Positions 19,053 to 28,972 of a stretch of 64,000 bases of DNA are shown here, in pieces (the stretch's first letter is position 1; each line of letters opens with the position of its first letter). The notes below the pieces were generated by a model. It saw only the letters and a list, made by a program, of their open reading frames with translations, was not told the origin of the DNA and did no database searches. Made by a program: the position numbers and the translations under genes. The stretch covers positions 4,960,001 through 5,024,000 of the forward strand of contig OZ223209.1 in NCBI GenBank assembly GCA_965140415.1, read 5' to 3'. Origin of the DNA: Myxococcota bacterium. GTDB lineage: Bacteria; Myxococcota_A; SURF-8.

Positions 19053-20684
19053 GTGAGTCTTGGAATGTTTAAAACGCCGACCGTAGAGAACGAACCGATC
19101 AAAGGGTATGCCCCCGGATCTTCCGAGCGCGCGTCGTTGAAAGCCAAGCTGGCTCAACTGGCCGGGAAGACCGTTGAAATCCCCATGGTCATCGGCGGCA
19201 GGAATGTCCGCACCGGTGATCTGGCCGAAACCCGAAGCCCACACAATTTCGAGTTGTTGTTATCCAAACACCACCAGGGCGGAGAAAAGGAAGTACAGGC
19301 CGCCGTCAATGCCGCCGCCAAGGCGCGTAAGGAATGGTCGAACTGGAGCTGGGAAGAACGCGCCGCCGTATTTTTGAAGGCCGCCGATCTGCTGGCCGGT
19401 CCCTACCGCGATACCTTGAACGCCGCCACCATGCTGGGGCAGAGCAAGACCGCGTTCCAGGCCGAAATCGACTCCGCCTGCGAGCTGATCGATTTCTTCC
19501 GCTTCAACGTGGAATACATGGTGCAGATTCTGCACAACCAGCCCGCCAGTTCTCCCGGCATCTGGAACCGCGTGGAATATCGCCCGCTGGAAGGCTTTGT
19601 CTTTGCGGTGACACCGTTTAACTTTACTTCCATCGCAGGCAATCTGCCCACCGCACCGGCTTTGATGGGTAACACGGTTATCTGGAAACCAGCGAGCACG
19701 TCGGTATACTCCGCGCACTTCATCATGCAGCTACTTAAAGAAGCCGGACTACCCGACGGCGTCATCAACATGGTGCTGGGATCGGGCGGTAAAATCGGCA
19801 ACCCGGTGATGAATCACCCGGATCTGGCCGGTATCCACTTCACCGGCTCCACAAACACCTTCCAGTCAATGTGGAAGACGGTTGGAAACAACATCGCATC
19901 CTATCGCAGCTACCCGCGTATCGTGGGCGAAACCGGCGGCAAGGACTTTATCTTCGCGCATCCCTCTGCAGATCCAGATGCCTTAGCCATTGCCATCGTG
20001 CGCGGCGCGTTCGAATACCAGGGGCAGAAATGCTCTGCCGCTTCGCGAGCTTATATTCCCAAGAGCCTGTGGAATCGGCTTTCCAAGCGATTGGAAAAGG
20101 AAATCGCCACCATCAAAATGGGTGATGTCAGCGATTTCCGCACCCTGATGGGCGCGGTCATCGACAACGCCAGCTTTACCAACATCAAGGGCTACATCGA
20201 CCGGGCGAAGAAATCGCCCAACGCCCAGATACTGATCGGCGGTGGAACGAATAAGAAAAACGGCTACTTCGTAGAGCCGACGGTCATTCTGGCTAAAAAG
20301 CCGGATTACGAAAGCATGGTGCAGGAGATCTTCGGTCCGGTGATTACGATCTACGTGTATCCGGACAAGCAGTTCAGCAAAACCCTGCAACTTTGCGATC
20401 AGACCAGCCCCTACGCATTGACCGGCGCAATCTTCTCCCAGGATCGCACGGCGGTGAACGAAGCCGTGAATGCGCTGCGGCATTCCGCAGGGAATTTCTA
20501 CATCAACGACAAACCCACCGGGGCGGTTGTCAATCAGCAGCCCTTCGGCGGCGGACGCGCCAGTGGCACCAACGATAAAGCGGGCAGTTATTTAAACCTA
20601 CTGCGTTGGACGAGCACGCGTTCGATCAAGGAAACCTTCGTTCCGCCTACGGCCTATGCCTATCCGTACATGAGCGAAGAGTAG
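19053..20684 (+). CDS. pruA: 1-pyrroline-5-carboxylate (L-glutamate gamma-semialdehyde) dehydrogenase
   Basis: NEPIKGYAPGS, QAEIDSACELIDF, PFNFTSI, GETGGKDF, FEYQGQKCSA, EIFGPV and NDKPTGAVV. GTG start at 19053 after AGGAGG. Confidence 0.93.
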   Translation: MSLGMFKTPTVENEPIKGYAPGSSERASLKAKLAQLAGKTVEIPMVIGGRNVRTGDLAETRSPHNFELLLSKHHQGGEKEVQAAVNAAAKARKEWSNWSWEERAAVFLKAADLLAGPYRDTLNAATMLGQSKTAFQAEIDSACELIDFFRFNVEYMVQILHNQPASSPGIWNRVEYRPLEGFVFAVTPFNFTSIAGNLPTAPALMGNTVIWKPASTSVYSAHFIMQLLKEAGLPDGVINMVLGSGGKIGNPVMNHPDLAGIHFTGSTNTFQSMWKTVGNNIASYRSYPRIVGETGGKDFIFAHPSADPDALAIAIVRGAFEYQGQKCSAASRAYIPKSLWNRLSKRLEKEIATIKMGDVSDFRTLMGAVIDNASFTNIKGYIDRAKKSPNAQILIGGGTNKKNGYFVEPTVILAKKPDYESMVQEIFGPVITIYVYPDKQFSKTLQLCDQTSPYALTGAIFSQDRTAVNEAVNALRHSAGNFYINDKPTGAVVNQQPFGGGRASGTNDKAGSYLNLLRWTSTRSIKETFVPPTAYAYPYMSEE

Positions 20685-20711
20685 ACAAAACTCTTACAAG
20701 CCTGCCATTTG

Positions 20712-20738
20712 CGCCCGCCCGAAAAGGCGGGCGTTTTT
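20712..20738 (+). terminator. Intrinsic terminator
   Basis: CGCCCGCC-CGAAAA-GGCGGGCG followed by TTTTT. Confidence 0.8.
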
Positions 20739-20754
20739 CGTTTCCACGTATTGC

Positions 20755-20783
20755 TTGACTCTGCATATATATAAGCATATAAT
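20755..20783 (+). promoter_or_regulatory. Sigma-70 promoter with a near-palindromic spacer (possible operator)
   Basis: TTGACT-N17-TATAAT; the spacer contains TGCATATATATAAGCA (14 of 16 positions palindromic). Confidence 0.7.
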
Positions 20784-20873
20784 TAGTCTGGGGGTTGAAA
20801 AAACACCCAGTTAAGAATAATAACGAGGTAATCGACGGGAATCCGACTGAACGGATTCCGAGAGGTGGCACCC

Positions 20874-21950
20874 ATGTATTTATCGTTGTTGCAGTATCTG
20901 AAATGCCCTCAGTGTGCGCACGACACACTGGAGTTGTCTGCAAAAACTCAAAACGGTGAAGAGATTCTGGCGGGTGATCTTCGCTGTCCAGCGTGTAAGC
21001 GGATCTTTCCGATTATCGATTCCGTCCCCAACTTCCTGCCCGAAGCAGAGACTCGCAAGCCCTGGCGCAAAGCCTGGAGCTACAAGTGGGATCATGTGGC
21101 CAAAGACGTTCGCTACAGCGAAGAAGGGGACGAGGACTTTGAGATCAAGATGAACTACTCCGGCCAGTTTTCCGGCGATCTGTCCGGAAAACTGGCCTTG
21201 GATGCCGGTTGCGGCAGCGGACAGGACACCGCCCGCATTGCACGTCTCGGGGCGGAGGTCATCGCCGTGGATCAGAGCACCGGAGTGTACCAGGCACATA
21301 AGTTTAATGCAGGCAAGAACTACCGTTCCCCCGTGCATTTTATCCGCGCCGACATTTTTCACCTGCCATTGAAGGATGACATTTTCGACCTTATTTACAG
21401 TAACGGTGTACTGCATCACACACCGGACACCAAGCAAGCGTTCGATTCGGTCGCACCGTTATTGAAGCAAGGCGGCGATATCGCCATCTGGGTATACGAC
21501 CGCACGCAATACTGGCGGCTGTTCGAAACCTTCTGGAGGCCGGTGCTTTCCCGCTTGCCTCATCCCCTGCTTTCGCTGTTTCTGCATTCGGTCAACCGTC
21601 CCTGGCACGCGATTTACCGCTACCGCAAGTTCATGATGAAAACCGTGAATCCCTGGCCGGATAACACCGTAGCCGAATTCCTTTTCGATCTGTTCAGCGG
21701 CGGACATGTGCTCTATCTGCTTACGGATTATCACTTGCATCTTGCACATCGGGTGGAAGACCATTATATTCGTTATCATCATGCTTTCGATGGCTATGCG
21801 CCACGCTATGCATGGGGACACAACGAATCGGAGTTATTCGACTGGTTCAGCTACCACGGCATTCGAACCACCGCCATTTCTCCGGTCAGATGCGGATTGA
21901 CGGGCAAGAAAGACAATACATGTGCGGTATCTGCGGAATCTTCTCCTTAA
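20874..21950 (+). CDS. Trm112-like zinc ribbon fused to a class I SAM-dependent methyltransferase
   Basis: LKCPQC...LRCPACKRIFPIIDSVP; ALDAGCGSG; FDLIYSNGVLHHTPD. Confidence 0.85.
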   Translation: MYLSLLQYLKCPQCAHDTLELSAKTQNGEEILAGDLRCPACKRIFPIIDSVPNFLPEAETRKPWRKAWSYKWDHVAKDVRYSEEGDEDFEIKMNYSGQFSGDLSGKLALDAGCGSGQDTARIARLGAEVIAVDQSTGVYQAHKFNAGKNYRSPVHFIRADIFHLPLKDDIFDLIYSNGVLHHTPDTKQAFDSVAPLLKQGGDIAIWVYDRTQYWRLFETFWRPVLSRLPHPLLSLFLHSVNRPWHAIYRYRKFMMKTVNPWPDNTVAEFLFDLFSGGHVLYLLTDYHLHLAHRVEDHYIRYHHAFDGYAPRYAWGHNESELFDWFSYHGIRTTAISPVRCGLTGKKDNTCAVSAESSP

Positions 21951-23716
21951 ACAGAACCAGACTGGACAAAACTCCATTGGCGACTATGAGCCGCTCGCTG
22001 ACTCATCGTGGACCGGACGCAGAAGGAACCTTCGTCGATGACAACGGCCTGCTGGCTTTCGGACACCGACGCCTGAAGGTGCTGGATCTATCGGAAAATG
22101 GCGCACAACCGATGAGCAGCCCGGACGGGCAGGTTCATCTTTGCTACAACGGCGAAGTTTACAACTTCCTGGAGTTGAGGAAGGAGTTGGAAGCCAGTGG
22201 ATATCGCTTTCGCTCCCAGACGGACACGGAAGTCGTGCTCGCCGCCTATCAACAATACGGCTGGGATTTCGTTGAACGCCTGAACGGAGATTTCGCCTTT
22301 GCGCTCTACGACAAGCGCAGCGAAACCCTGCGACTCTACCGGGACCGAATCGGCATCCGCCCGCTCTACTACTTCGAGGCCAACGGTGTATTCGGTTTCG
22401 CCTCCGAGATCAAGGCGCTGCTCGAACATCCGGCGGCACCACACGCGCCGAATCTGGATCGCCTGCGGGAGTACATCGGGCATTTGTATATCTGCGGTGA
22501 AGAAACGCTGTTTCAAGGAATTTACGAAGTGCAGCCCGGTTCGTATGTGGAAGTGAGAAACGGTCGGGTGCGAACCGGGCGCTACCATCTCTTCAGTTAC
22601 GACCCGGAAGTACGCCGCATGACGGCGAACGAGCGAAGGGAGCGCTTCGTCGAATTGCTGGACGATTCGATCCGGCTGCGTCAGATCAGCGATGTTCCAC
22701 TGGGGCTGTACCTTTCGGGAGGCGTAGACAGCAGCTACTTAGCCTGTCGCATGCGCGCCGCAGATGCAGATGCCGACATCCACAGCTATTCCCTGGGGTT
22801 CGAATACGGCGATTACAACGAGTTTCCCTATTCCCGGCAGGCTTCCACCACTGCGGCAACGACGCACCGGGAATTCATCGTGCGCGAATCGGAATTCTTC
22901 GACGTGATCGACAAGGTGCTGCGTCACTATGATGAACCTGTGCCGCACCTGGTGGCGATTCCGCAGTATTACCTGGCGCGCGAAGCCAAGCCGAATATCA
23001 CGGTGGCTCTTTCCGGTACGGGTGGAGACGAACTGCTGGCAGGCTACAGCCACTATTTCGCAGCGATGAAACTGCATGAAGGCACGCTGGATCTGTCGCG
23101 CGCCGACAGGGATGTGGCCGCGTATCAACAGGGACTGAAGCCGGAACAGATCGCCTCCGAATTTAAAAGCTGCTCGCAGATGTGGCTGGTGGATAAGATC
23201 ATTCCCGGCGAGGATTACCGCGATTCCGTCGCACGGCATTTTCGGGAGGGTGGATACCCGGACTTTCTTTCCAACATGCTGTACATGGATTTAAAATCGC
23301 ACGTCGTTCACATGATGAACAAAGAAGATAAAATGAACATGGCTTTCGGCGTGGAGGGGCGCTTCCCCTATTTCGATTACCGCCTGGTACAGTTCGCCCT
23401 GTCGCTACCCCTGGAAGACAAGATCCACAAAACGACCACCAAGGCGCTGTTGAAAAAGCTGGCGGAAAGTTATTTTCCTAAACGTTTTCTCCATCGCGAA
23501 AAGCAGGCATTTCCCACGCCGGTGGAGCGCTGGTTCGCAAAGGACAAGCGCCATCTACGTTTTCCCGTTCTGCGCAAACAGCTTTCGGACCAGTTGAATT
23601 TCAATGTAATCGACGAACTCGCCAAGCAGCACAGCGAAAGCAATCGCCAGCACACCAGACGGCTCTGGGGTTTGTATTGCCTGGACGTCTGGTTCCGACA
23701 GCACTTCTATTCCTGA
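21920..23716 (+). CDS. asnB: Asparagine synthase (glutamine-hydrolysing)-like amidotransferase
   Basis: MCGICG start, HRGPD, GHRRL, NGEVYNF, SDVPLGLYLSGGVDS, SGTGGDELLAGY, EGRFPYFD. Confidence 0.9.
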   Translation: MCGICGIFSLNRTRLDKTPLATMSRSLTHRGPDAEGTFVDDNGLLAFGHRRLKVLDLSENGAQPMSSPDGQVHLCYNGEVYNFLELRKELEASGYRFRSQTDTEVVLAAYQQYGWDFVERLNGDFAFALYDKRSETLRLYRDRIGIRPLYYFEANGVFGFASEIKALLEHPAAPHAPNLDRLREYIGHLYICGEETLFQGIYEVQPGSYVEVRNGRVRTGRYHLFSYDPEVRRMTANERRERFVELLDDSIRLRQISDVPLGLYLSGGVDSSYLACRMRAADADADIHSYSLGFEYGDYNEFPYSRQASTTAATTHREFIVRESEFFDVIDKVLRHYDEPVPHLVAIPQYYLAREAKPNITVALSGTGGDELLAGYSHYFAAMKLHEGTLDLSRADRDVAAYQQGLKPEQIASEFKSCSQMWLVDKIIPGEDYRDSVARHFREGGYPDFLSNMLYMDLKSHVVHMMNKEDKMNMAFGVEGRFPYFDYRLVQFALSLPLEDKIHKTTTKALLKKLAESYFPKRFLHREKQAFPTPVERWFAKDKRHLRFPVLRKQLSDQLNFNVIDELAKQHSESNRQHTRRLWGLYCLDVWFRQHFYS

Positions 23717-23901
23717 CTGCGAACAACAAGCATAAGGTCGGAGATGGCTGTCATGGAGACTTATTAGCCTACTCCAACAAAAACAATCCCTTGCGTTTTC
23801 ACGGACCTTTCAGTACAGTTTGCTTCCAAGGAAGCCTGGAATGACGCCGTCCTCACATGGGGGCGACTGCAACTTCATTCGATCACGTAAGGAGAGAAGC
23901 G

Positions 23902-25143
23902 ATGTCGAAGCTTGCAATCAATGGCGCGAAGCCGCTAAGAAGCAAACCCTATCCCACCTGGCCGCCGTATGGCAAGGAGGAAGAAAAGGGTCTGTTGGAA
24001 GTATTGCATTCCCAGAACTGGGGCGGGTATCCTTCTCCCAACGTGCGCGCCAATACCTTTGCCAACGATTTCGCGGCCCATCACGACGCCGGTTTCGGTA
24101 TTTGCTGCGCCAACGGTTCGGTTTCGCTGGAAATCGCCTTGAATGCGGCAGGGATTCAAGCCGGTGACGAAGTTATCGTGCCTTGTTACACCTGGCTGGC
24201 AACAGCCGGTTGTGCGGTGTTCGTTAACGCCGTGCCGGTATTCGTAGACGTGCGCCCCTCCGATTACACCATCGACCCCAAACTGGTCGAAAAAGCGATT
24301 ACCAAGAAAACGCGCGCCGTCATCGCCGTGCATCTGGGCAGTTCCATTGCCGATCTGACGGCCTTGAAACGTATCTGCAAAAAGCACAAGCTGGTGCTGA
24401 TTGAAGACTGTGCCCACGTGCATGGCGCGAAGTATAAGGGCAAGGGTGTAGGCAGCCACGGCGACTTCGGTTCCTTCTCCTTCCAGTCTTCCAAACTGAT
24501 GACCGCCGGTGAAGGCGGTATCGTCATCACGAACAACAAGGAATTCGAGATGCGCCTACAGTCGCTGGTGAACTGTGGCCGTAAAGAATGGGGCTACGAC
24601 GACTACAAGGGTCATGTCTTCGGCAACAACTACCGCATCAGCGAATTTCAAGTGGCGGTATTGCAGGGCCAACTGAAGAACCTGGCGAAGTTCACCAAAA
24701 AACGAGCAGAAATGGCCGCGCTGCTGACGGAAGAACTGGACAAGATCAAGGGGATCAAAACGATCAAGGCTCCCAAGGCCGTGACCCAGACCACCCACTA
24801 CCAGTACATCTTTAAATATGATCCCAAAGGCTTCAAGGGGCTGCATCGCGACCGCTTCCTGGAAGCGCTGGCGGCGGAAGGGATCATGGCCGACGGCGAT
24901 TTCTACGAACCAATCCAGGCGCGACCCATATTCAGTCCGTCTATCAAAAAGTATCCTGCGTTAAAGCAGCGCTACCCAAAAGGCATCACCGCCGAGAGCG
25001 CGGATACGCCGGTAGCCTTTAAAGCCGCTTACGAAGAAGCCTGCTGGCTGCATTATCCGTACCTGATGGGAACGAAGAAAGACGTGATGGACATCGTTCG
25101 CGCAATCCGTAAAATCCAGGATAACGTAGACGAGTTACTCTAG
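23902..25143 (+). CDS. DegT/DnrJ/EryC1/StrS aminotransferase (AHBA synthase/inosose aminotransferase-like)
   Basis: KLAINGAKP, WP, GDEVIVP, IEDCAHVHG and FSFQSSKLMTAGEGG. SD AGGAG before ATG 23902. Confidence 0.9.
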   Translation: MSKLAINGAKPLRSKPYPTWPPYGKEEEKGLLEVLHSQNWGGYPSPNVRANTFANDFAAHHDAGFGICCANGSVSLEIALNAAGIQAGDEVIVPCYTWLATAGCAVFVNAVPVFVDVRPSDYTIDPKLVEKAITKKTRAVIAVHLGSSIADLTALKRICKKHKLVLIEDCAHVHGAKYKGKGVGSHGDFGSFSFQSSKLMTAGEGGIVITNNKEFEMRLQSLVNCGRKEWGYDDYKGHVFGNNYRISEFQVAVLQGQLKNLAKFTKKRAEMAALLTEELDKIKGIKTIKAPKAVTQTTHYQYIFKYDPKGFKGLHRDRFLEALAAEGIMADGDFYEPIQARPIFSPSIKKYPALKQRYPKGITAESADTPVAFKAAYEEACWLHYPYLMGTKKDVMDIVRAIRKIQDNVDELL

Positions 25144-25295
25144 TTCTTTATCGCTCCGCTTTGGCGCAGCCGATTCTCGATATGTACATTTTGGAAAATG
25201 ACTTGACATCGGTATGGTGAATCGCCATGCTCAGAATTACGAGGCTGCGATTCCGCATCCCTTGCTAAGTGATCGACCATGGGAGGCAGGCTGAA

Positions 25296-26504
25296 ATGCC
25301 CCGAGCACGTGTTTCGAAGGACAAAGCCGCCGGCAAATCGTCCGGTAAAAGTACGGAAAAGAAAAGTACTCCAAAAACCACTAAGAGGACGATCAAACGT
25401 CCCTTGCGAATCGGTTTGATCGGAGCCGGGTGGATCTCGACGGTACATTACGATGCCTTCAAGGCCATCGGAAACTGCGAGGTCATCGCCCAGGCCGACC
25501 CGGACAAGGCTCGCCATAAGGAGTTCATTAAAGAGCGCCCGATTCCCAGCTATCACAAGTCGCACCTGGAAATGATCCAGCGCCGCGATATCGACGTGGT
25601 GACGGTGGCGGTACCCAACAATCTGCATGCACCTTTGGCCATCGATGCCTTAAAGGCAGGTAAGCACGTTATAGTGGAAAAACCGCTGTGTTTGACGATA
25701 GCCGAAGCGGAAGAAATTCAATACTGGTCGCAAAAGAAGGGGCGCGTGGTCGGCTATGCCGAAGAGCTTTGCTACGTTCCCAAATTCGTGCGCATGAAAC
25801 AGATTGCGGACGAAGGCGGAGCCGGTGACATCTATATGGTGAAACAGTGCGAGAAGCACGCCGGGCCATATTCACCATGGTTCTGGACCGTCGAACAGGC
25901 GGGCGGTGGAATTCTGATGGACATGGGCTGCCACGCCATTGAGTTCTGCCGCTGGTTCATGGGCAAGAAGCCGGTCAAGTCGGTCACGGCTCATTGTGGT
26001 CGCTACCTGCATACCTGGGCGCCGGTGGAGGACCATGTCATCCTGACCATGGAATTCACGGACGGCACCCTGGCGCATGTGGAAAGCAGTTGGGCCTTGC
26101 AAGGCGGCATGGCGTCTACGGCGGAAGCCTACGGTACCCAGGGCGTATTATACGGCGATCTGCTGCAAGGCATGGGACTGCAAGTCTATTCCCAGCAGGG
26201 GTATCCGCCCATGCCTTACAATCGCGCCCAAACCAGTGGTCCGGAAAGTGTAGGCTGGTCCACACCGGATTACGAATGGCTCTGGAACAACGGCTATCCG
26301 CAGGAGATGCAGGATTTTCTGACTTGCGTTCGTGAAGGCGGAACTCCGTTGGAATCGGCTCAGGATGGCCTGGCGGTATTGGAAATCATGCTGGCGGCCT
26401 ATCATTCTGCCGGAACCGGTCAGCGGGTGGAACTGCCATTCCGCCCGGACATTCATCGCCCGGTGGAATTGTGGATCAATCCGCAAAAACAACTTAAGCT
26501 TTAA
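25296..26504 (+). CDS. Gfo/Idh/MocA oxidoreductase
   Basis: IGLIGAGWI, GKHVIVEKP, GGGILMDMGCH; Lys-rich N-terminal tail. Confidence 0.88.
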   Translation: MPRARVSKDKAAGKSSGKSTEKKSTPKTTKRTIKRPLRIGLIGAGWISTVHYDAFKAIGNCEVIAQADPDKARHKEFIKERPIPSYHKSHLEMIQRRDIDVVTVAVPNNLHAPLAIDALKAGKHVIVEKPLCLTIAEAEEIQYWSQKKGRVVGYAEELCYVPKFVRMKQIADEGGAGDIYMVKQCEKHAGPYSPWFWTVEQAGGGILMDMGCHAIEFCRWFMGKKPVKSVTAHCGRYLHTWAPVEDHVILTMEFTDGTLAHVESSWALQGGMASTAEAYGTQGVLYGDLLQGMGLQVYSQQGYPPMPYNRAQTSGPESVGWSTPDYEWLWNNGYPQEMQDFLTCVREGGTPLESAQDGLAVLEIMLAAYHSAGTGQRVELPFRPDIHRPVELWINPQKQLKL

Positions 26505-26568
26505 AAATACAGTGTACCATTAAACACCATACTACTTGCTTTATTGATTAAACAGATGGGATGCTGAG

Positions 26569-27039
26569 ATGGCGGAATTGGTTCGAGTGTTTTGTGTTGA
26601 AGATCCTCCACCTACTCGAAAGGAGTTGATGGAACTCCTGTCCGAAGAGGGCTTCGATATTCACTCCGAAGATGAAGGCGATGAAGAAAACGAGTTCGAG
26701 GAGCCTTCCTGGCATGAATTCATCATGGTGTATCGGGAAGATCAGGAACCGATTAACCTGGAGTACATGGGCGAAGAAGACAGCGACGAATTTTCCGAAT
26801 TGCGCGATGAGCTGATCGAAATGCTGGACGACTTCGAAGGATCGGAGATTCCACGCATTGAAAAACACCTGAACAAATCCATCTTTGTCATCAGCATCCA
26901 TTGCCTGGATGAAAGCGATGATGAGGGTCAAGCGATCGTCAACGCGCTGCAGAATTATTTAGCAACCAACCACGATGGCCTTGCATATGTGGAAGACGAA
27001 GGCTTTTACGCCTCGGATGAACTGATTTTGGAAACCTAA
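26569..27039 (+). CDS. Highly acidic hypothetical protein
   Basis: 156-aa ORF co-oriented with its neighbours, very rich in D/E. Confidence 0.7.
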   Translation: MAELVRVFCVEDPPPTRKELMELLSEEGFDIHSEDEGDEENEFEEPSWHEFIMVYREDQEPINLEYMGEEDSDEFSELRDELIEMLDDFEGSEIPRIEKHLNKSIFVISIHCLDESDDEGQAIVNALQNYLATNHDGLAYVEDEGFYASDELILET

Positions 27040-27063
27040 CCTAGCAAACGACTGGCAAATTCA

Positions 27064-28089
27064 GTGATAGTAAAAAAAGATACGGCAACAAATACCGCCG
27101 CCGCTCACGTGCTCGGATTCGATGGCGGTGGAACGAAATCGATTTGTGTGATCGCCCAGGCGGATGGCACCGTGAAAGGTGTGGGACGCTCCGATTGCAC
27201 CAACTTTCAAGGCGTAGGCGTCGAAGCGGCAAAACAGGAAGTAGCCAGGGCTATCGAACTAGCATTGAAGGACGCAAAGCTGAGGCCGGATCAGATTGCC
27301 ACTGCCGCTTTCGGTATCGCCGGAGCGGATCGTGACGAAGATTTCGAAACCGTTGCAGGCTATGTGGATGTCTCTCAGCCTGCCCCACATTGGATGCTGG
27401 TCAACGATACCACCATCGCACTACGTGCGGGAACCAGCGATGGCATCGGCGTGGCGATGGTTTGCGGCACCGGTTCCAATTGCATCGGATTCAATGCCGC
27501 AGGCAAGCAGGCAAAAGTCGGTGGTCTGGGACACCTTACAGGCGACGTCGGCGGCGGTGAGGATATTGTAGAAAAAGCGATCATTGCAAGCCTCAAAGCG
27601 GAAGATGGACGCGCTCCCAAAACGATCCTAGGGCAACGATTGGCTCAGGCCATGGGGCTGAAAAAGCTGGAGGATGTAATCGTCTTCACCTATGCCGACA
27701 ACTTCCAGCCCGTCAATTTCGGTCAATATTCCACGCTGGTCTTCAAATGCGCCGCAGAAGGCGACCGCGTTGCCCAGCGCTTACTGGAAAGAATCGGACG
27801 GGAACAGGCTCACAGTGTCGTCACGGCATGTAAGCGACTCTTCAAAAAGGACGAGACCTTCCCCGTCGTGCTGGGCGGCTCCATCATGCAGAAATCCAAT
27901 CCGCCTTATTTTGCAGACGCCATCAAACAAGCCGTCGGCAAACGCTATCCCAATGCCAGCGTACACAAACTGACCAGCGATCCCGTAATCGGAGCGGTCG
28001 GCTTTGCGCTGGATCTGCTTCACGGTAAGGCGGGACGAAATCGCATGGCAAAGCTGAAACGCAGCTACAAGCCTTATCAAACAAGTTGA
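27064..28089 (+). CDS. BadF/BadG/BcrA/BcrD ATPase family, N-acetylglucosamine-kinase-like sugar kinase
   Basis: GFDGGGTKS, GIAGAD, ND, CGTGSN, VGGLG-x-x-x-GD, LGGSI. Confidence 0.85.
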   Translation: MIVKKDTATNTAAAHVLGFDGGGTKSICVIAQADGTVKGVGRSDCTNFQGVGVEAAKQEVARAIELALKDAKLRPDQIATAAFGIAGADRDEDFETVAGYVDVSQPAPHWMLVNDTTIALRAGTSDGIGVAMVCGTGSNCIGFNAAGKQAKVGGLGHLTGDVGGGEDIVEKAIIASLKAEDGRAPKTILGQRLAQAMGLKKLEDVIVFTYADNFQPVNFGQYSTLVFKCAAEGDRVAQRLLERIGREQAHSVVTACKRLFKKDETFPVVLGGSIMQKSNPPYFADAIKQAVGKRYPNASVHKLTSDPVIGAVGFALDLLHGKAGRNRMAKLKRSYKPYQTS

Positions 28090-28092
28090 AAC

Positions 28093-28818
28093 ATGCCCGC
28101 TCGCAAAACAAAACCTGCCACGAAAGCCAAAACACCTAAAAAAATGGTGAAAAAGGAAATCCGTTCGGACTTCCCAATCGCGACGGTCATGGAAATCCTG
28201 CGCAAAGAAACGAAAAAACTGCGTGTGCCGATTGTTACCGTTCAGGCGCAGACGAAGAAAGATCCCTTTCGCGTATTGATTTCAACCATCATCAGCTTGC
28301 GCACCAAGGATGAAGTCACCGCCCAGGCATCCGAACGCTTGTACGCTTTGGCGGACACACCGCAAGGCATACTGAAACTGGGTGAGAGAACCATTGCCGA
28401 AACGATCTATCCAGCAGGCTTTTACAAAACCAAAGCCGCCAACATCATCAAAGTATGCCAGTTGCTGTTGGACGAATACGACGGTAAAGTGCCCAGCGAA
28501 ATCGAACAACTGGTCGCGTTTCCCGGTGTCGGGAGAAAGACCGCCAATCTGGTGCGCACGCTCGGCTACAACTTGCCCGGTATCTGCGTGGACACTCACG
28601 TTCACCGCATCACCAACCGCTGGGGTTACGTGAACACACCCAACCCCGATAAAACCGAAATGGCGTTGCGCGAGATTCTGCCGAAGAAATACTGGATTCC
28701 GATCAACGACTGGCTGGTAGCCTACGGCCAGCATTTATGCGTTCCCGTTTCGCCTCATTGCAGTCGTTGTAAGCTGGAACCTTATTGTGAAAAAAATGAC
28801 GTAACCCGCAGCCGCTGA
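28093..28818 (+). CDS. nth: Endonuclease III (HhH-GPD, 4Fe-4S)
   Basis: PFRVLISTIISLRTKD, PGVGRKTAN, VDTHVHRI and C-x6-C-x2-C-x5-C. Confidence 0.9.
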   Translation: MPARKTKPATKAKTPKKMVKKEIRSDFPIATVMEILRKETKKLRVPIVTVQAQTKKDPFRVLISTIISLRTKDEVTAQASERLYALADTPQGILKLGERTIAETIYPAGFYKTKAANIIKVCQLLLDEYDGKVPSEIEQLVAFPGVGRKTANLVRTLGYNLPGICVDTHVHRITNRWGYVNTPNPDKTEMALREILPKKYWIPINDWLVAYGQHLCVPVSPHCSRCKLEPYCEKNDVTRSR

Positions 28819-28972
28819 TCTTCACCCGATTCAAGTTACCAACATTCGCTCATGGTTATTAATCGCTCGGATTGCGTTGCGTTGCGACTTCGGATACAGT
28901 TTGAACGAACGACGAAACATCATCCATGATTCACCCCACGCGATCTTTTTGTGTATACGAAGGAGTGGAAAC

